In this document: piece after piece, positions 8,436-18,381 of the stretch
How positions within the stretch are numbered: the first letter of the stretch is position 1
How the letters are laid out: every line of letters begins with the position of its first letter
Assembly: GCA_963848135.1 (NCBI GenBank)
Contig: CAWKCK010000017.1
Location: forward strand, 1,218,538 to 1,282,537
Direction: 5' to 3'
Source: an uncultured delta proteobacterium
GTDB taxonomy: Bacteria > Desulfobacterota > Desulfobacteria > Desulfobacterales > SG8-13
DNA: 64,000 nt
Notes under the pieces: model-generated
The model's database searches: none
What the model was told of the DNA's origin: nothing
What the model saw: only the letters and a program-made list of their open reading frames with translations
Made by a program: the position numbers and the translations under genes

Positions 8436-8699
8436 CGGGGAGTTTTTTACGCCAACGCTGAACAGGAGCGGAGAGAATCATCAGCAGCGAAAGCGCGCAC
8501 TGTCTGAATGCATTAGGCGGCCTTAGGAATAAACAACGGAAACTCTCTGACGGTCCAATGTAAATCCAAACGATGACTTTTAATTATCTATTTCATATTA
8601 TTATGAAATCTGTTTTTTCCTTAGGCCGCTTTCGGCATGAGTTTGCGCGATGAAGTCGCTGATCATTCCCTCCGCTCCCGTTTAATCAAAAACTCCCCG
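8436..8699. repeat. MITE-like element with ~100-bp imperfect terminal inverted repeats
   Basis: cggggagttttt..ggagcggagagaatcatcagc..ggcggccttagg versus the reverse complement of ccttaggccgc..gctgatcattccctccgctcc..aaaaactccccg. Confidence 0.6.
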
Positions 8700-8793
8700 A
8701 GGGCTCATTTATATTCTTATGGGCCTATTCGAAGTTCATGTGGTTTAATCGACTGGAAAAACCAGCTACGGCATCTCTAAGGAGTCACCATAC

Positions 8794-9720
8794 ATGAGAC
8801 GAAAGAAGCTTTTGATTGCTTTGTTGGTAATTGAAATATTGATGTCGACGCTTATTGAGCCAATATGGGCCCAAAATAAAGGAAGCGGGCGAAAAGCGGG
8901 TTATAGTTTTTCTTTTTCCTATACGCCTGTCTATCAATTTGAAACCGACCTTGACAGTGGCGGTAGTTTCGATGTCAGTCGCCACTACTTGAACTTTGAC
9001 GTCATCCGTCCCTTTGGTCAAAACCTGCGGCTAGGTTTGGGTTTAAATTACGAATTCGAAAAGTGGAATTTCAATAATATGACCAATGTGGTCGGGGCAA
9101 CCCCATGGGGTTCGATTCATCGGCCTGGTATCAGCCTGCCGATTTTCTACACTTTCTCGGATAACTGGATTTTAGGATTCTCGCCGTCAGTAGAATATTC
9201 CGGTGAGTCTGGGGCCAAGTTCAGTGAGAGCTTGAATTATGGTGGTATTCTATCTTTGTCTCATCCTTTCAGCCGAAATCTTTACATAGGGCTTGGCTTC
9301 GGTCTTTTTAGTCGGTTGGAAAAAACAACCATTTTTCCATTTATTGTGATCGATTGGAAAATCAGCGAGCAATTTCGAATCACGAATCCGTTCAGAGCAG
9401 GACCGGCTGGACCGGCCGGACTAGAATTTGTTTATTCTCCGGCAGAGAATTGGGAGCTGGCAATAGGCGGAGCGTATCGATTCTACCGCTTTAGGCTGGA
9501 CGATAAAAGCGCTGTTCCAAATGGTATCGGTGATAATAAGTTTGTGGTGGCATTCCTTCGGGCACAGCGGAAACTGGGTGCAAATTTTTCCATTGATCTG
9601 GCAGGAGGAGCGCTTTTTGCGGGGAAATTGTCCATAGAAAACTCGACCGGTGACAAACTGGGATCAGACAATTACGATCCGTCTCCCTTTTTAGCGCTCA
9701 CGTTGGCTGGAAAATTTTAA
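8794..9720 (+). CDS. outer-membrane beta-barrel-like protein
   Basis: 308 aa. RBS aaggag, signal peptide, alternating aromatic/Gly beta-strand pattern, C-terminal ..LTLAGKF. Confidence 0.75.
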   Translation: MRRKKLLIALLVIEILMSTLIEPIWAQNKGSGRKAGYSFSFSYTPVYQFETDLDSGGSFDVSRHYLNFDVIRPFGQNLRLGLGLNYEFEKWNFNNMTNVVGATPWGSIHRPGISLPIFYTFSDNWILGFSPSVEYSGESGAKFSESLNYGGILSLSHPFSRNLYIGLGFGLFSRLEKTTIFPFIVIDWKISEQFRITNPFRAGPAGPAGLEFVYSPAENWELAIGGAYRFYRFRLDDKSAVPNGIGDNKFVVAFLRAQRKLGANFSIDLAGGALFAGKLSIENSTGDKLGSDNYDPSPFLALTLAGKF

Positions 9721-9901
9721 ACTGCTGGATACGGCAAACCCTTGATAATTTCAGAGCCTTTTGGGATGAAACCGATTTTCCAGCCCCAGAAAGACTTGGC
9801 GAGCGCGGACCGGTTTTCAAGTATCCTGAGTGGTTGATCATGTTCATTGCCATATTATCGGTGAAGTTATCTGCTTCCCTGTATGGAGGAGGTATAGAAC
9901 C

Positions 9902-10021
9902 ATGAAAATCTTTGTTCTTTGCGTAGGGTTAGGTTTTGGAATTTTTGCCATAGCAGTTTACGCCTATGGTCTTAAGCACCGAATAAAAGAGTTAAAGCAA
10001 AAGCCAGATGAAAATAACTAA
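9902..10021 (+). CDS. small single-TM protein (39 aa)
   Basis: ATG after ggaggagg. Sequence MKIFVLCVGLGFGIFAIAVYAYGL + charged tail. Confidence 0.5.
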   Translation: MKIFVLCVGLGFGIFAIAVYAYGLKHRIKELKQKPDENN

Positions 10022-10260
10022 TTGGTCTGGTAAAGTCATTTAAGATTTTAGTGGCGAACAAGTGCATGCAGGGCATTGCATTCCGCTGCACTTCATGCCC
10101 CCCTGATGCTCGCGTTAGGCACGAAATATTGGGTTGGCGGAACCTACCGCTGAACTTTGAATTACTCCAGCAAAACATAAGGCCTGATCGAAGCACGCCT
10201 TCTGCTAAGCGATGGTCCTTCGTCGCTTCAAAACCTTACGATACTAAAACAATACCCGCG

Positions 10261-10381
10261 CTCAATACCACATCGTAGCAATTGACAATAGTAGCCCTTC
10301 CTGTATTGATTATTTTAGTCAGAATAGCCAAAACGTATCGGCATAATTTATAAAATTTAGCGGCGTTACTCTATTGGCAAA
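10261..10381 (+). repeat. AJR copy 4 (diverged)
   Basis: ctcaatacca..tcagaatagccaaaacgtatcgg..gcggcgttactctattggcaa. Confidence 0.6.
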
Positions 10382-10498
10382 AAACCTATTGCATGAGCCT
10401 ACCTGATATATTATTGATAGAATCATTGAATCACAGCTGAATATGTATGATAATAATTTTGTTCAGCGAGGCAGAAAACCAACCCCAAAAAGAAAGGA

Positions 10499-10807
10499 TT
10501 GATCATGCAAGTAGAAGACTACTGTAAAGCAATGAAAGCTGAAGTTACGGCATGGAAAGAGAAACTTGAGGCGATGAAGAAGACGGCGGACGGATTTGGG
10601 ACCGAGCAAAAGGAAAAAGTTCTCCCACTGATCGGGCAGCTCGAGCAGGAGGTCGTGACCGCGCAAATGAGGGTGGATCAGCTCGAGAACGAGTGCCCTT
10701 CCGACTGGTCACCGATAAAGAACGAACTTGACGAGCTTTTCGGAACGGTTGGTAGCAAGATCAGCCATCAGTTCCAGGAAATGTCTTCGCGAGAAACGTT
10801 GTGGTAG
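10499..10807 (+). CDS. hypothetical coiled-coil protein
   Basis: 102-aa ORF with RBS aaaggattgatc. No family recognised. Confidence 0.55.
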   Translation: MIMQVEDYCKAMKAEVTAWKEKLEAMKKTADGFGTEQKEKVLPLIGQLEQEVVTAQMRVDQLENECPSDWSPIKNELDELFGTVGSKISHQFQEMSSRETLW

Positions 10808-10859
10808 AAGCTATCCGGGGGAAAAGTGTCTCGCTTTTCCCCCGGTGGCCGAAGGCTTG

Positions 10860-11024
10860 GTAATTTTACAAGTGAACTCGATTCGCGAGCAGAAGCATGA
10901 AACAAAGTGCCCGCCTGATTGGCCGCCGATTAAAACGAATTCGTTGATCATTTTGGTACTATCTTCAGCAGTGTCGACCAAACTTGTCGCGATATGTCTC
11001 CTGGGATTTCACCCTCCCCCATGA
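10860..11024 (+). pseudogene. frameshifted partial paralogue of the 10499 gene's C-terminal half
   Basis: CPPDWPPIK(N)EFVDHFGTIFSSVDQTCRDMS compares with CPSDWSPIKNELDELFGTVGSKISHQFQEMS. One A is missing in attaaaacgaa. Confidence 0.55.
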
Positions 11025-11127
11025 ATAATTTTTTTTCAGATTGTTGTCCTCTATCATAGGGTTTCCTGAACAAATCATGTCCTTGCGGCGACCACAGTTT
11101 TCCCTGAAGATATATGAAGTAAAAAGC

Positions 11128-12632
11128 TGGTTATATAACGTTGCAAAACTGATTTTTGCTTTTGAAAAACAGGCACAAAGAAATGGCAGATAGCCATTTC
11201 TCCACTTTCATCACCAGGAAGCACAGTGCAATGGCCGTCTCACTGGTAGATGCCAACTTTGTCATCAACCGGCCGATACCAAAGCGCCGTTTACCCTGGC
11301 CGAACTTGCCCTCTATCGGTATCCGATCCAGTTCATCCTGCCGTGCCTGAACGGCTTCGGCTTTAAGTCGGGCGGCATTCTCTGCGGTCACCTTCGGTGG
11401 TCTTCCCAATCTCGGGCCCGACAACCGGATGTGGTGTTTCTTGCAATAGCGAAGATTGTCTCGCGTGCGGTAGATCCGATCTGCATGCACCGACTTCGGA
11501 TAAAGCCCGAAACGCCTCTTGTAGGATTCTACCTGGCCTTTCAGGTCTAAACTTTCGTTGAAGTTGTCCCAACTGCATCGATCCACAAAATCGTAGCCTT
11601 CTACCAGGCTGACGGATAATTTGGGGCCGAATTCGGTATCGCTTCCGGCCTTGCCCCTTTTTATCGGCAACACATGCGGTAGGCTGATGCTCACGATTCG
11701 ATCGCTGATCCGACGGATGCGGTTCTCATACATCCAGCGTTGCTGACGGTAGAGCTCGCTGACCACCAATAGATCTCTATATTGTTTTCGGTTGAGAACC
11801 CTTAGCCCTGTTGACTCAGATAGCTTGTCGATGCTTGCCAGGTTGCGATGCAGATAGCCCAACTGACCCCGGAGTGCTTTACGAAGCTTTCGGCCGCCAA
11901 CTCTCCTGCTTTTGGCCACAGCAAGGTAGGCTTTTCTGGCCTTTACTCGATAGGTTCGAGGCTTCTTAAAACCTCGGCCACGGCCTTTATGCAGCACGTC
12001 TATGATCTGCTCGCTCTTCTGCCGGGCGGTGTTCAAAAGCTTAAAATCGGTCGGATAGGTGATGTCAGCCGGAACGCAAGTCGCATCGAGCACCTACTTA
12101 CCCTTGATGGATGGGCCTTGTGGCTGATCATCATCTTTTTTGATGCTCTCAGAGGCCCTGGTGACAATGACCTCATTGACATGCTTGAGAACATCGACGG
12201 AAAAGCGTTTTCGAAAATGCACCAACATGGTGGGATGAAAGGGTGACTCGGTAGTAAATTGCTGCAACCCACAAAAATACTGCAGATAGGGGTTCTCTCG
12301 GATCTGCTCCACGCACTCCTCGTCGGTCAGCCCCAGGCGCTCTTTAGTAATCAGTGCCGCCAAGGCCATGCGCACTGAAAGGGCCGGTGGTCCTTGACCG
12401 TTGCCGGTAAAATTCCGGCAGTATTTCTCTTCGAACTCGTGCCAGGGAATCACCTCTGCCAATCTGACCCAGCGATTGTCCGCTGGTAATTTACCACCGA
12501 ATGGCAGGTGAAACTCGACAAATTTCAGCTGTTTTTCATTGTGTCTGTACATAATCTCCGGCGCATTGGTGCAAGGAATTTTGGTGATATCGCTTGTTTT
12601 TCGTGCACTTTTTGCAACCGAATAAGCATAAT
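11128..12632 (-). mobile_element. IS5/IS1182-family insertion sequence (approximate ends)
   Basis: Imperfect IRs around ..ataacgttgcaaaact (about 11135-11150) and ctttttgcaaccgaat (about 12608-12625). Confidence 0.6.
11131..12552 (-). pseudogene. IS5/IS1182-family DDE transposase interrupted by one in-frame TAG
   Basis: ORFs 12094-12552 and 11131-12093 are contiguous in the same frame: ..PSIKGK*VLDATCVPADITYPTD... InsH-type N-domain plus DDE domain. Confidence 0.8.
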
Positions 12633-13072
12633 TTAGATATAATTACAAGTATTTATACGTCATTCAGTTGGCTCTATAATATTCCCCTACAACCGGCACT
12701 TCCACCACCTTCCATGGTTACGAATGGGTCTCCCATCCCGGCGGCAATAACATGCACCGGGCTGTCATCTTTCGGGACAGCGCAGACCGGACTCGTCAAG
12801 TAGTCCAGTTTTCCCAGTATGACTCGGTCGATCCGTAGGTGGCAATTACGTTAATATAGAAAAGGCCGAATTAATGATTGTCTATAGGGTTCTGAGCTAA
12901 AGGTAAGCCTCTCTGATAGTTTTAGACCCTCATTTTGATACCAATCATTAATTATTGAAAACACCTTAATGAGCAATTAGCTTCAAGATAATTTCAACAA
13001 GTAATGCCGTTCCAACTCTATTTTTATTTAGTTCCATATTTTACCAATTTGATAATTGATAAAGGAGAAGTG

Positions 13073-14368
13073 ATGAAAAACAAAATGTTATTATTTACAG
13101 CTTTTTGCCTTGTATTTGTTTCTGTTTTGACCGGGTGTAGCGACGATAATGGTAATCCAATCATTCCGCCAAATGAGGCGTCGATTAGAATCTTACATGC
13201 GTCACCGGATGCACCAAATGTGGACGTACTGGTTGACGGACAAGCAGTTTTAACAGATGTCCCTTATAAAGCAGCCTCACAATTTTTATCGATACTTTCG
13301 GGAAACCGAAATATTAAGGTCAATGTGGCAGGCACCTCGACTTCAGTAATCGATGCAAACGTTAATTTTGCCACGGATTCACTTACTACGATCATCGCAA
13401 CAAATTTTGTCGCTCAAATCGAAGCGCTTGTTTTGGACGATGAAGGCACTCCACCCAGCGGTAATCTACTGAAGATCCGGGTTGTACATAGCTCTCCGAG
13501 TGCACCTGCGGTTGATGTGTATGTGACTGCTCCAGGTGCAGACATCAATGCGGAAAATCCCACTTTACCCAACGTGCCTTTTAAGGCAAATTCCGATTTT
13601 CTTGAAATCCCCGAGGGAGATTATCAGATTCGGATAACAGCTACTGGCTTAAAAGTTCCCGTTTATGACTCAGGTGCTGTCGCGTTGGACGCCGGTTCAA
13701 TACTGACTGCGGTGGCGGTCGATGCAACCGGCGGAGCTTCACCGGTATCCCTTATTGTACTGACCAATGACCCGACAACACCATCAATTGAAATTGCTGA
13801 TAGTCGTGCACGCCTCCGAGCTGTTCACGCTTCTCCCGACGCACCCAATGTCGACATTCTTGTCGATGATGTGATTGTTATCAACGATGTGGCATTCAAG
13901 GAGTTTTTAGACTACACGGAAGTACCTTCCGGTGACCGAAACATTAAAGTTAACGCAACTGGAACAGCAATCAGTGTCATCAATGTCACGACCCCATTAG
14001 CTGCTGGAACAGATTATACAGTTCTTGCCGTTAATTTCTTGGCGAGCATTGAGCCTCTGCTACTGACAGATGATAACACCAGCCCCACGCCAGGAAATGC
14101 TAGAGTCCGCGTGGTTCATGCTTCACCGGATGCGCCGAACGTGGATATTTTGGTCGACGACGTAGTTGTGTTGACTAATGTTGCCTTCAAACAATTTTCG
14201 GATTATTTGGAGGTACCGGCCGGAGCCAGAAACATCAAAGTAAATGCTACAGGGACAGCAACTACGGTAATCGATGAAACGCCAACTTTGGCTGATGGGA
14301 GCGTTTACACAGTTATTGCCTTAAATGATCTGGCGAACATCGAACCACTGTTACTGTTGGATAGATAA
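13073..14368 (+). CDS. DUF4397-repeat lipoprotein (four ~105-aa repeats)
   Basis: ATG after aaaggagaag. Lipobox LTGC. Repeated (L/V)HASPDAPNVD(V/I)LVD..NIKVNA(T/V)GT blocks. Confidence 0.85.
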   Translation: MKNKMLLFTAFCLVFVSVLTGCSDDNGNPIIPPNEASIRILHASPDAPNVDVLVDGQAVLTDVPYKAASQFLSILSGNRNIKVNVAGTSTSVIDANVNFATDSLTTIIATNFVAQIEALVLDDEGTPPSGNLLKIRVVHSSPSAPAVDVYVTAPGADINAENPTLPNVPFKANSDFLEIPEGDYQIRITATGLKVPVYDSGAVALDAGSILTAVAVDATGGASPVSLIVLTNDPTTPSIEIADSRARLRAVHASPDAPNVDILVDDVIVINDVAFKEFLDYTEVPSGDRNIKVNATGTAISVINVTTPLAAGTDYTVLAVNFLASIEPLLLTDDNTSPTPGNARVRVVHASPDAPNVDILVDDVVVLTNVAFKQFSDYLEVPAGARNIKVNATGTATTVIDETPTLADGSVYTVIALNDLANIEPLLLLDR

Positions 14369-14406
14369 AATCTAAAAACAGTAATGAAGTAAATGGTGGA
14401 AAAAGA

Positions 14407-14435
14407 GGCAGGGTCTCCATTGGCCCTGCCTTATT
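14407..14435 (+). terminator. terminator hairpin GGCAGGG..CCCTGCC
   Basis: 7-bp stem with a weak T-tract. Confidence 0.5.
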
Positions 14436-14461
14436 CGAAATCCTCACTATTAATGATGCCG

Positions 14462-14637
14462 AAACTCAGACTCAAATTCCTGCTACATAGAGAACCTGTA
14501 GGTATTTCTCAAATGCTCATCATAGCCACATCATACCTTCACCGATGATATAATTGTTGACAGTTGGTGGCAAGCAGGTTTGATTATTGACCCATCCTAC
14601 GATTTTAAATTACTCTCAATGTATCTGTAGCCGACAG
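14462..14637 (+). repeat. AJR copy 5 (complete, with promoter segment)
   Basis: aaactcagactcaaattcctgcta..catagcc..tggtggcaag..tattgaccc-N18-tactctcaatgtatctg. Confidence 0.8.
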
Positions 14638-14714
14638 GCATTTTACCCAAAGAGGAATCTTCACCAATCAGGTTTTCCAAGGTACATTAGAAATTTAAGA
14701 GTAAGGAGCCAATC

Positions 14715-15173
14715 ATGGCCAAAGTTGAGCTAAATACCCATGCTCCTGAGTTTACCTTACCCGATTTTAATGGAAGCAACGTTTCACCTTCAGATTTTGC
14801 CGGACAGAAAAATGTGCTGGTAGTTTTTAATCGTGGATTTGTCTGACCATTCTGCCGCAAGCATATGGCGCAGTTGCGTCAAGATTATCAGCGCTTTTTT
14901 AAACTGGATACAGAAATAGTCGTAATTGGACCTGAGGATGCCGAATCTTTTCAGAAGTACTGGAAAAAGGAAGACCTGCCATTTATCGGATTACCTGATC
15001 CGAAACATAAAATTTTAAAATTATACGGGCAGGAGGTCAATTTGTTCAAGTTGGGCAGAATGCCAGCCCAGATGCTGATTGATAAGTCTGGAATGCTTCG
15101 GTATGTGCATTACGGACATTCGATGGCGGATATTCCCTTGAATGAAGACATTATGAATCTGATCAAAATATAG
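14715..15173 (+). CDS. AhpC/TSA peroxiredoxin-like selenoprotein (in-frame UGA at 14844-14846)
   Basis: ATG after gtaaggag. ..VLVVFNRGFV-U-PFCRKHMAQL.. places U in the CxxC/Cp position. The downstream frame is the track ORF 14865-15173. Confidence 0.75.
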
Positions 15174-15261
15174 AAACCTGTCATAGAAATTCATCATAAC
15201 CAACAGCATTAGAGGCGACGGCAAAATGCCGCCACGACTTATGCTAAGCGTTACTGATAGC

Positions 15262-15448
15262 TCCAACGTATCAAACGAATGTGAGAACTCAAATCTGCTG
15301 CTATGGTCCAACATCTATCACTCGGCGGATTTCCTGAATATAGCCAGACGATATCGTGATATTTGGCGTAATTACGGATAGTTTGACCTGTGGCAAGCAA
15401 GTTTGAGTATTGACCGGCCCACAGATTCAACCTATGCTCAATCTACAC
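15262..15448 (+). repeat. AJR copy 6 (complete, with promoter segment)
   Basis: ctccaacgtatcaaacgaat..aactcaaatctgctgctatgg..cggcggatttcctgaatatagccagacgatatcgt..gatagtttgacctgtggcaag..TTGACC-N17-TATGCTcaat. Confidence 0.85.
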
Positions 15449-15543
15449 ACAATTGGAAAAGTTGCAAAAAAACCCGATAAATATCATTTTATCAGGGAAA
15501 ATTGACCTGATTATAAACGGTTAGCCATCTAGAGGAAAGATAT

Positions 15544-15920
15544 ATGGAAAAAAGTGACCGATATAAAAGAGGGTGGGAAAAATTAAAAGAGGTAAATGGA
15601 GAAGCTGGGGAAAGCGTTTTAGAAAGCCTTAAAGATATTGCACCAGAGTTTGCCGATTTACTAATCGAATTTCCATTTGGCGATATTTACTCACGTCCAG
15701 GATTTGATTTAAAATCAAGAGAAATCGCAGTGGTAGCCGGTTTAACTACATTGGGCAACGCCACGCCTCAATTAAAAGTTCATATTCATGGTGCACTAAA
15801 CGTGGATGTACTAGACAAGAGGTTGTAAAAGTAATTATGCAAATGGCTGTTTATGCCGGGTTCCCCGCAGCCCTTAATTGCTTATTTGCCGCAAAAGAGG
15901 TCTTTAAAGAAAGAGAATAA
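15544..15920 (+). pseudogene. carboxymuconolactone decarboxylase (AhpD-like) family gene with a 1-nt frameshift near 15800
   Basis: ..HIHGALN then a shift to (R)GCTRQEVVKVIMQMAVYAGFPAALNCLFAAKEVFKERE*. aacgtggatgt lacks one G relative to a continuous frame. Confidence 0.7.
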
Positions 15921-16125
15921 AACTATAGAAAACTATTCGTTTCAGCGGACCCGCAATCTCGCGGGTCAGGTTGACCGTGTGGTTTACACACAGGCCAAGG
16001 GTGACTTCATTGGGAAAGTTACTGAGAGGGCAATTCGTTACTACAGAAAGGCCCAACCATTAAAATCAGAGGACACAAAACACCCCGCCGCTGATTAAAC
16101 CGTTCGTCCCAAGAATGAAGAAATT

Positions 16126-17385
16126 ATGATACCTATTATTCTAAAACGCATACTTGGGATCGTTTCTCTCTTGATCGGTGTAGCTCTCTGCGTATGGTTT
16201 ATTTACAATCAGTTTGCCCCCACTGACGCATACAAGACCGATTTCCACGGTGTGTTTAAACTGATCCTTCCGATTGCATGCCTTATAGTTGGTTGGAAAT
16301 TGGTTCGCAATAAGGGCAAATCCGACCGTACTACACTTAAATCTTTCCCACGTCGCTCGATAATGATATTTGGCAATCTTCCATTCCAAGGGCACCGAGG
16401 CAAGATTGAATCGATCGCCTTTTCTCCCGACGACAGGCTTGTGGTGACTGGAGGCACGGAGCGATCATACGGCCCCGATCGAGCGGCCAGAGTTTGGCAA
16501 ATCCCCAGCGGCCGCCTCCTGAAGAAACTCAAGGGGCACCGAACGGGAGTCCTCAGCGTGGCCGTTTCCCCGGATGGCACAGCGGTTGCCACGGGTGACG
16601 ACGTGGTTTGGAAGAACGAGAACCAGCTGGAGGGCAGTTGCATCCGAATCTGGGATGCGCGGTCAGGGCGGGAGACGAAACGCTTTGGCGGGGAATTATT
16701 CCGAGTGGAAGCCCTTGCTTTCTCTCCGGACGGTCAGTTCCTTGCAAGCGGCAGCAGCAACTACTTGCCGCATGCACCGGCCTCCGATGGACGCTGTCTG
16801 CGGTTGTGGGACTGGAAAGCGGGCCGGGAAGTGCGCAGCCTTGGTGAGCACACCGCTTCGGTCGAGTCCATTTCTTTCTCTTCGGACGGCAAGTGGGTGG
16901 CATCGGGGAGCAACGGCATGACTGCCTCCGGGGGACTATACCAGGTTCCGACCATCCGACTTTTCAAAACCGCTACGGGCCGCGAGTGGACCCAATTATC
17001 CTCCTACCTCAACGGGGTAAACACTGTTGTTTTCTCCCGGGACGATAAACGGCTGCTATCGGGCGGGGGTTATGAGTTGCTATGGTGGGATCTCGCGTCC
17101 GGAACTGTTAAACACCAGTTCGACCCTGGTCTGAGAACACTCATTTGCTGCGCGGCCGTGTCTCCGAACGGCATGTGGGTGGCGGCAGGTTATGGGGGCC
17201 AAAATGAGCCGGGAGCCCCTCGCGAGGATTGCTATGTGCGCCTCTTCGACGCCAAATCTGGAGCCGTAGTAACGCGATGGGAGCATGAGGAGCCGGTGCA
17301 CGCCATCGCCTTTTCGCACGACTCTCGCTGTGTCCTCGCCGGCGAAGAGAGAGGGGTGCTCCGGTTGCGGCAGACGCCGGGATGA
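16126..17385 (+). CDS. membrane-anchored WD40-repeat protein
   Basis: 419 aa with two N-terminal TM helices, then about 7 WD-like units (..SPDG..ATG/SGS..IW/LWD). Confidence 0.8.
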   Translation: MIPIILKRILGIVSLLIGVALCVWFIYNQFAPTDAYKTDFHGVFKLILPIACLIVGWKLVRNKGKSDRTTLKSFPRRSIMIFGNLPFQGHRGKIESIAFSPDDRLVVTGGTERSYGPDRAARVWQIPSGRLLKKLKGHRTGVLSVAVSPDGTAVATGDDVVWKNENQLEGSCIRIWDARSGRETKRFGGELFRVEALAFSPDGQFLASGSSNYLPHAPASDGRCLRLWDWKAGREVRSLGEHTASVESISFSSDGKWVASGSNGMTASGGLYQVPTIRLFKTATGREWTQLSSYLNGVNTVVFSRDDKRLLSGGGYELLWWDLASGTVKHQFDPGLRTLICCAAVSPNGMWVAAGYGGQNEPGAPREDCYVRLFDAKSGAVVTRWEHEEPVHAIAFSHDSRCVLAGEERGVLRLRQTPG

Positions 17386-17732
17386 CCCGCTGCGGTGCTC
17401 ACAAGGCTCTGTGGATAATCTGAAATACAACAATGGACGAACAAAGCAGCCCACACCGTCCGCTAATCGCGGCGGGTGACTGCGGGCGTTAGGCGAACTT
17501 TTGATTTCTGCTATTTAACCTAACTCCCACTTGTTGAGAAATGCTTTCGATTGCCAAACCATATAACAAGCCGTCCACACGCATCCTGAATTGAATTTTG
17601 AATATATCACAGGTTTTTTAAAAGAAGTATTTTTAAGATACTTTGGTGGTAGCTGGAATCTCTCAAAGGTTATGACCTATCCAAACTATCGAATCAAGAA
17701 CTTACGACAAAATTTATTCAACTCATAACACC

Positions 17733-18014
17733 TTAAAAAATACGATATAATAAAAACAAAGCTATACATGCAAGAAATATTAAACCACCATCCGTACCAT
17801 GACTGTACCAACTAAACAGATCTTCTTTATCACCTTCACGTGCTTTACTATCGGGAGCTTTAAACATGAAAAACAATCCAAAGAACCAAGTTAAAGCACA
17901 AATTGCTGCACCTCTGGAGAAAAAATCGCCTTTTCTATAAGCAACGATACCTCCAAGAAATATTACAGGAAAATATAATACCAGAAATAATAGCGCCTTT
18001 GTTGTAGTATCCAT
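17733..18014 (-). CDS. small integral membrane protein
   Basis: 93 aa, 3 TM helices, RBS gaggag upstream. Confidence 0.6.
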   Translation of the reverse strand: MDTTTKALLFLVLYFPVIFLGGIVAYRKGDFFSRGAAICALTWFFGLFFMFKAPDSKAREGDKEDLFSWYSHGTDGGLIFLACIALFLLYRIF

Positions 18015-18256
18015 TTCTAATCTCCTCTGCTTTTTTTTATTTTGGCTCGAGATTGTTCTTTAGGTCAGAATGAATAAATAGGAGAGGAGTTTTCTATTTT
18101 TAGATCAGGTTTAACCCAGTTTTCTACACAACTTTAGCGTCGTATTTATTTTATACTGCAATTAGTTCAATGGGGTCAAATCTTTTTTACGAAGTGATAA
18201 TATGTGGGATTTCTTGTTCCAAAACCTATCTGAAATCCCAATGTCCTATGCTGTCA

Positions 18257-18333
18257 GAACTCAGACTCAATGTATCTGTTATGATCCTTGAACTATCATC
18301 TGATCAAATTGCTTGAGATAGACAATCCGCATC
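18257..18333 (+). repeat. AJR copy 7, left half
   Basis: gaactcagactcaatgtatctgttatgatccttgaactatcatctgatcaaattgcttgagatagacaatccgcatc. Confidence 0.85.
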
Positions 18334-18381
18334 AATGGCATAAAGGGGTGACACCCAAAAAGGGGTTCACCCCTTTTTGCA

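Noticed and set aside
10124-10130. Isolated GTTAGGC motifs (also 17488-17494) that fit the attC R' consensus GTTRRRY
   Set aside because: No matching inverse core (RYYYAAC) or attC-type stem could be paired with either motif. Two hits in 30 kb are compatible with chance.
12680-12840. Minus-strand fragment ..AVPKDDSPVHVIAAGMGDPFVTMEGGGSAG..
   Set aside because: It looks like a piece of a larger enzyme gene cut by the IS5 insertion. It is too short and the family is not identifiable from sequence alone.
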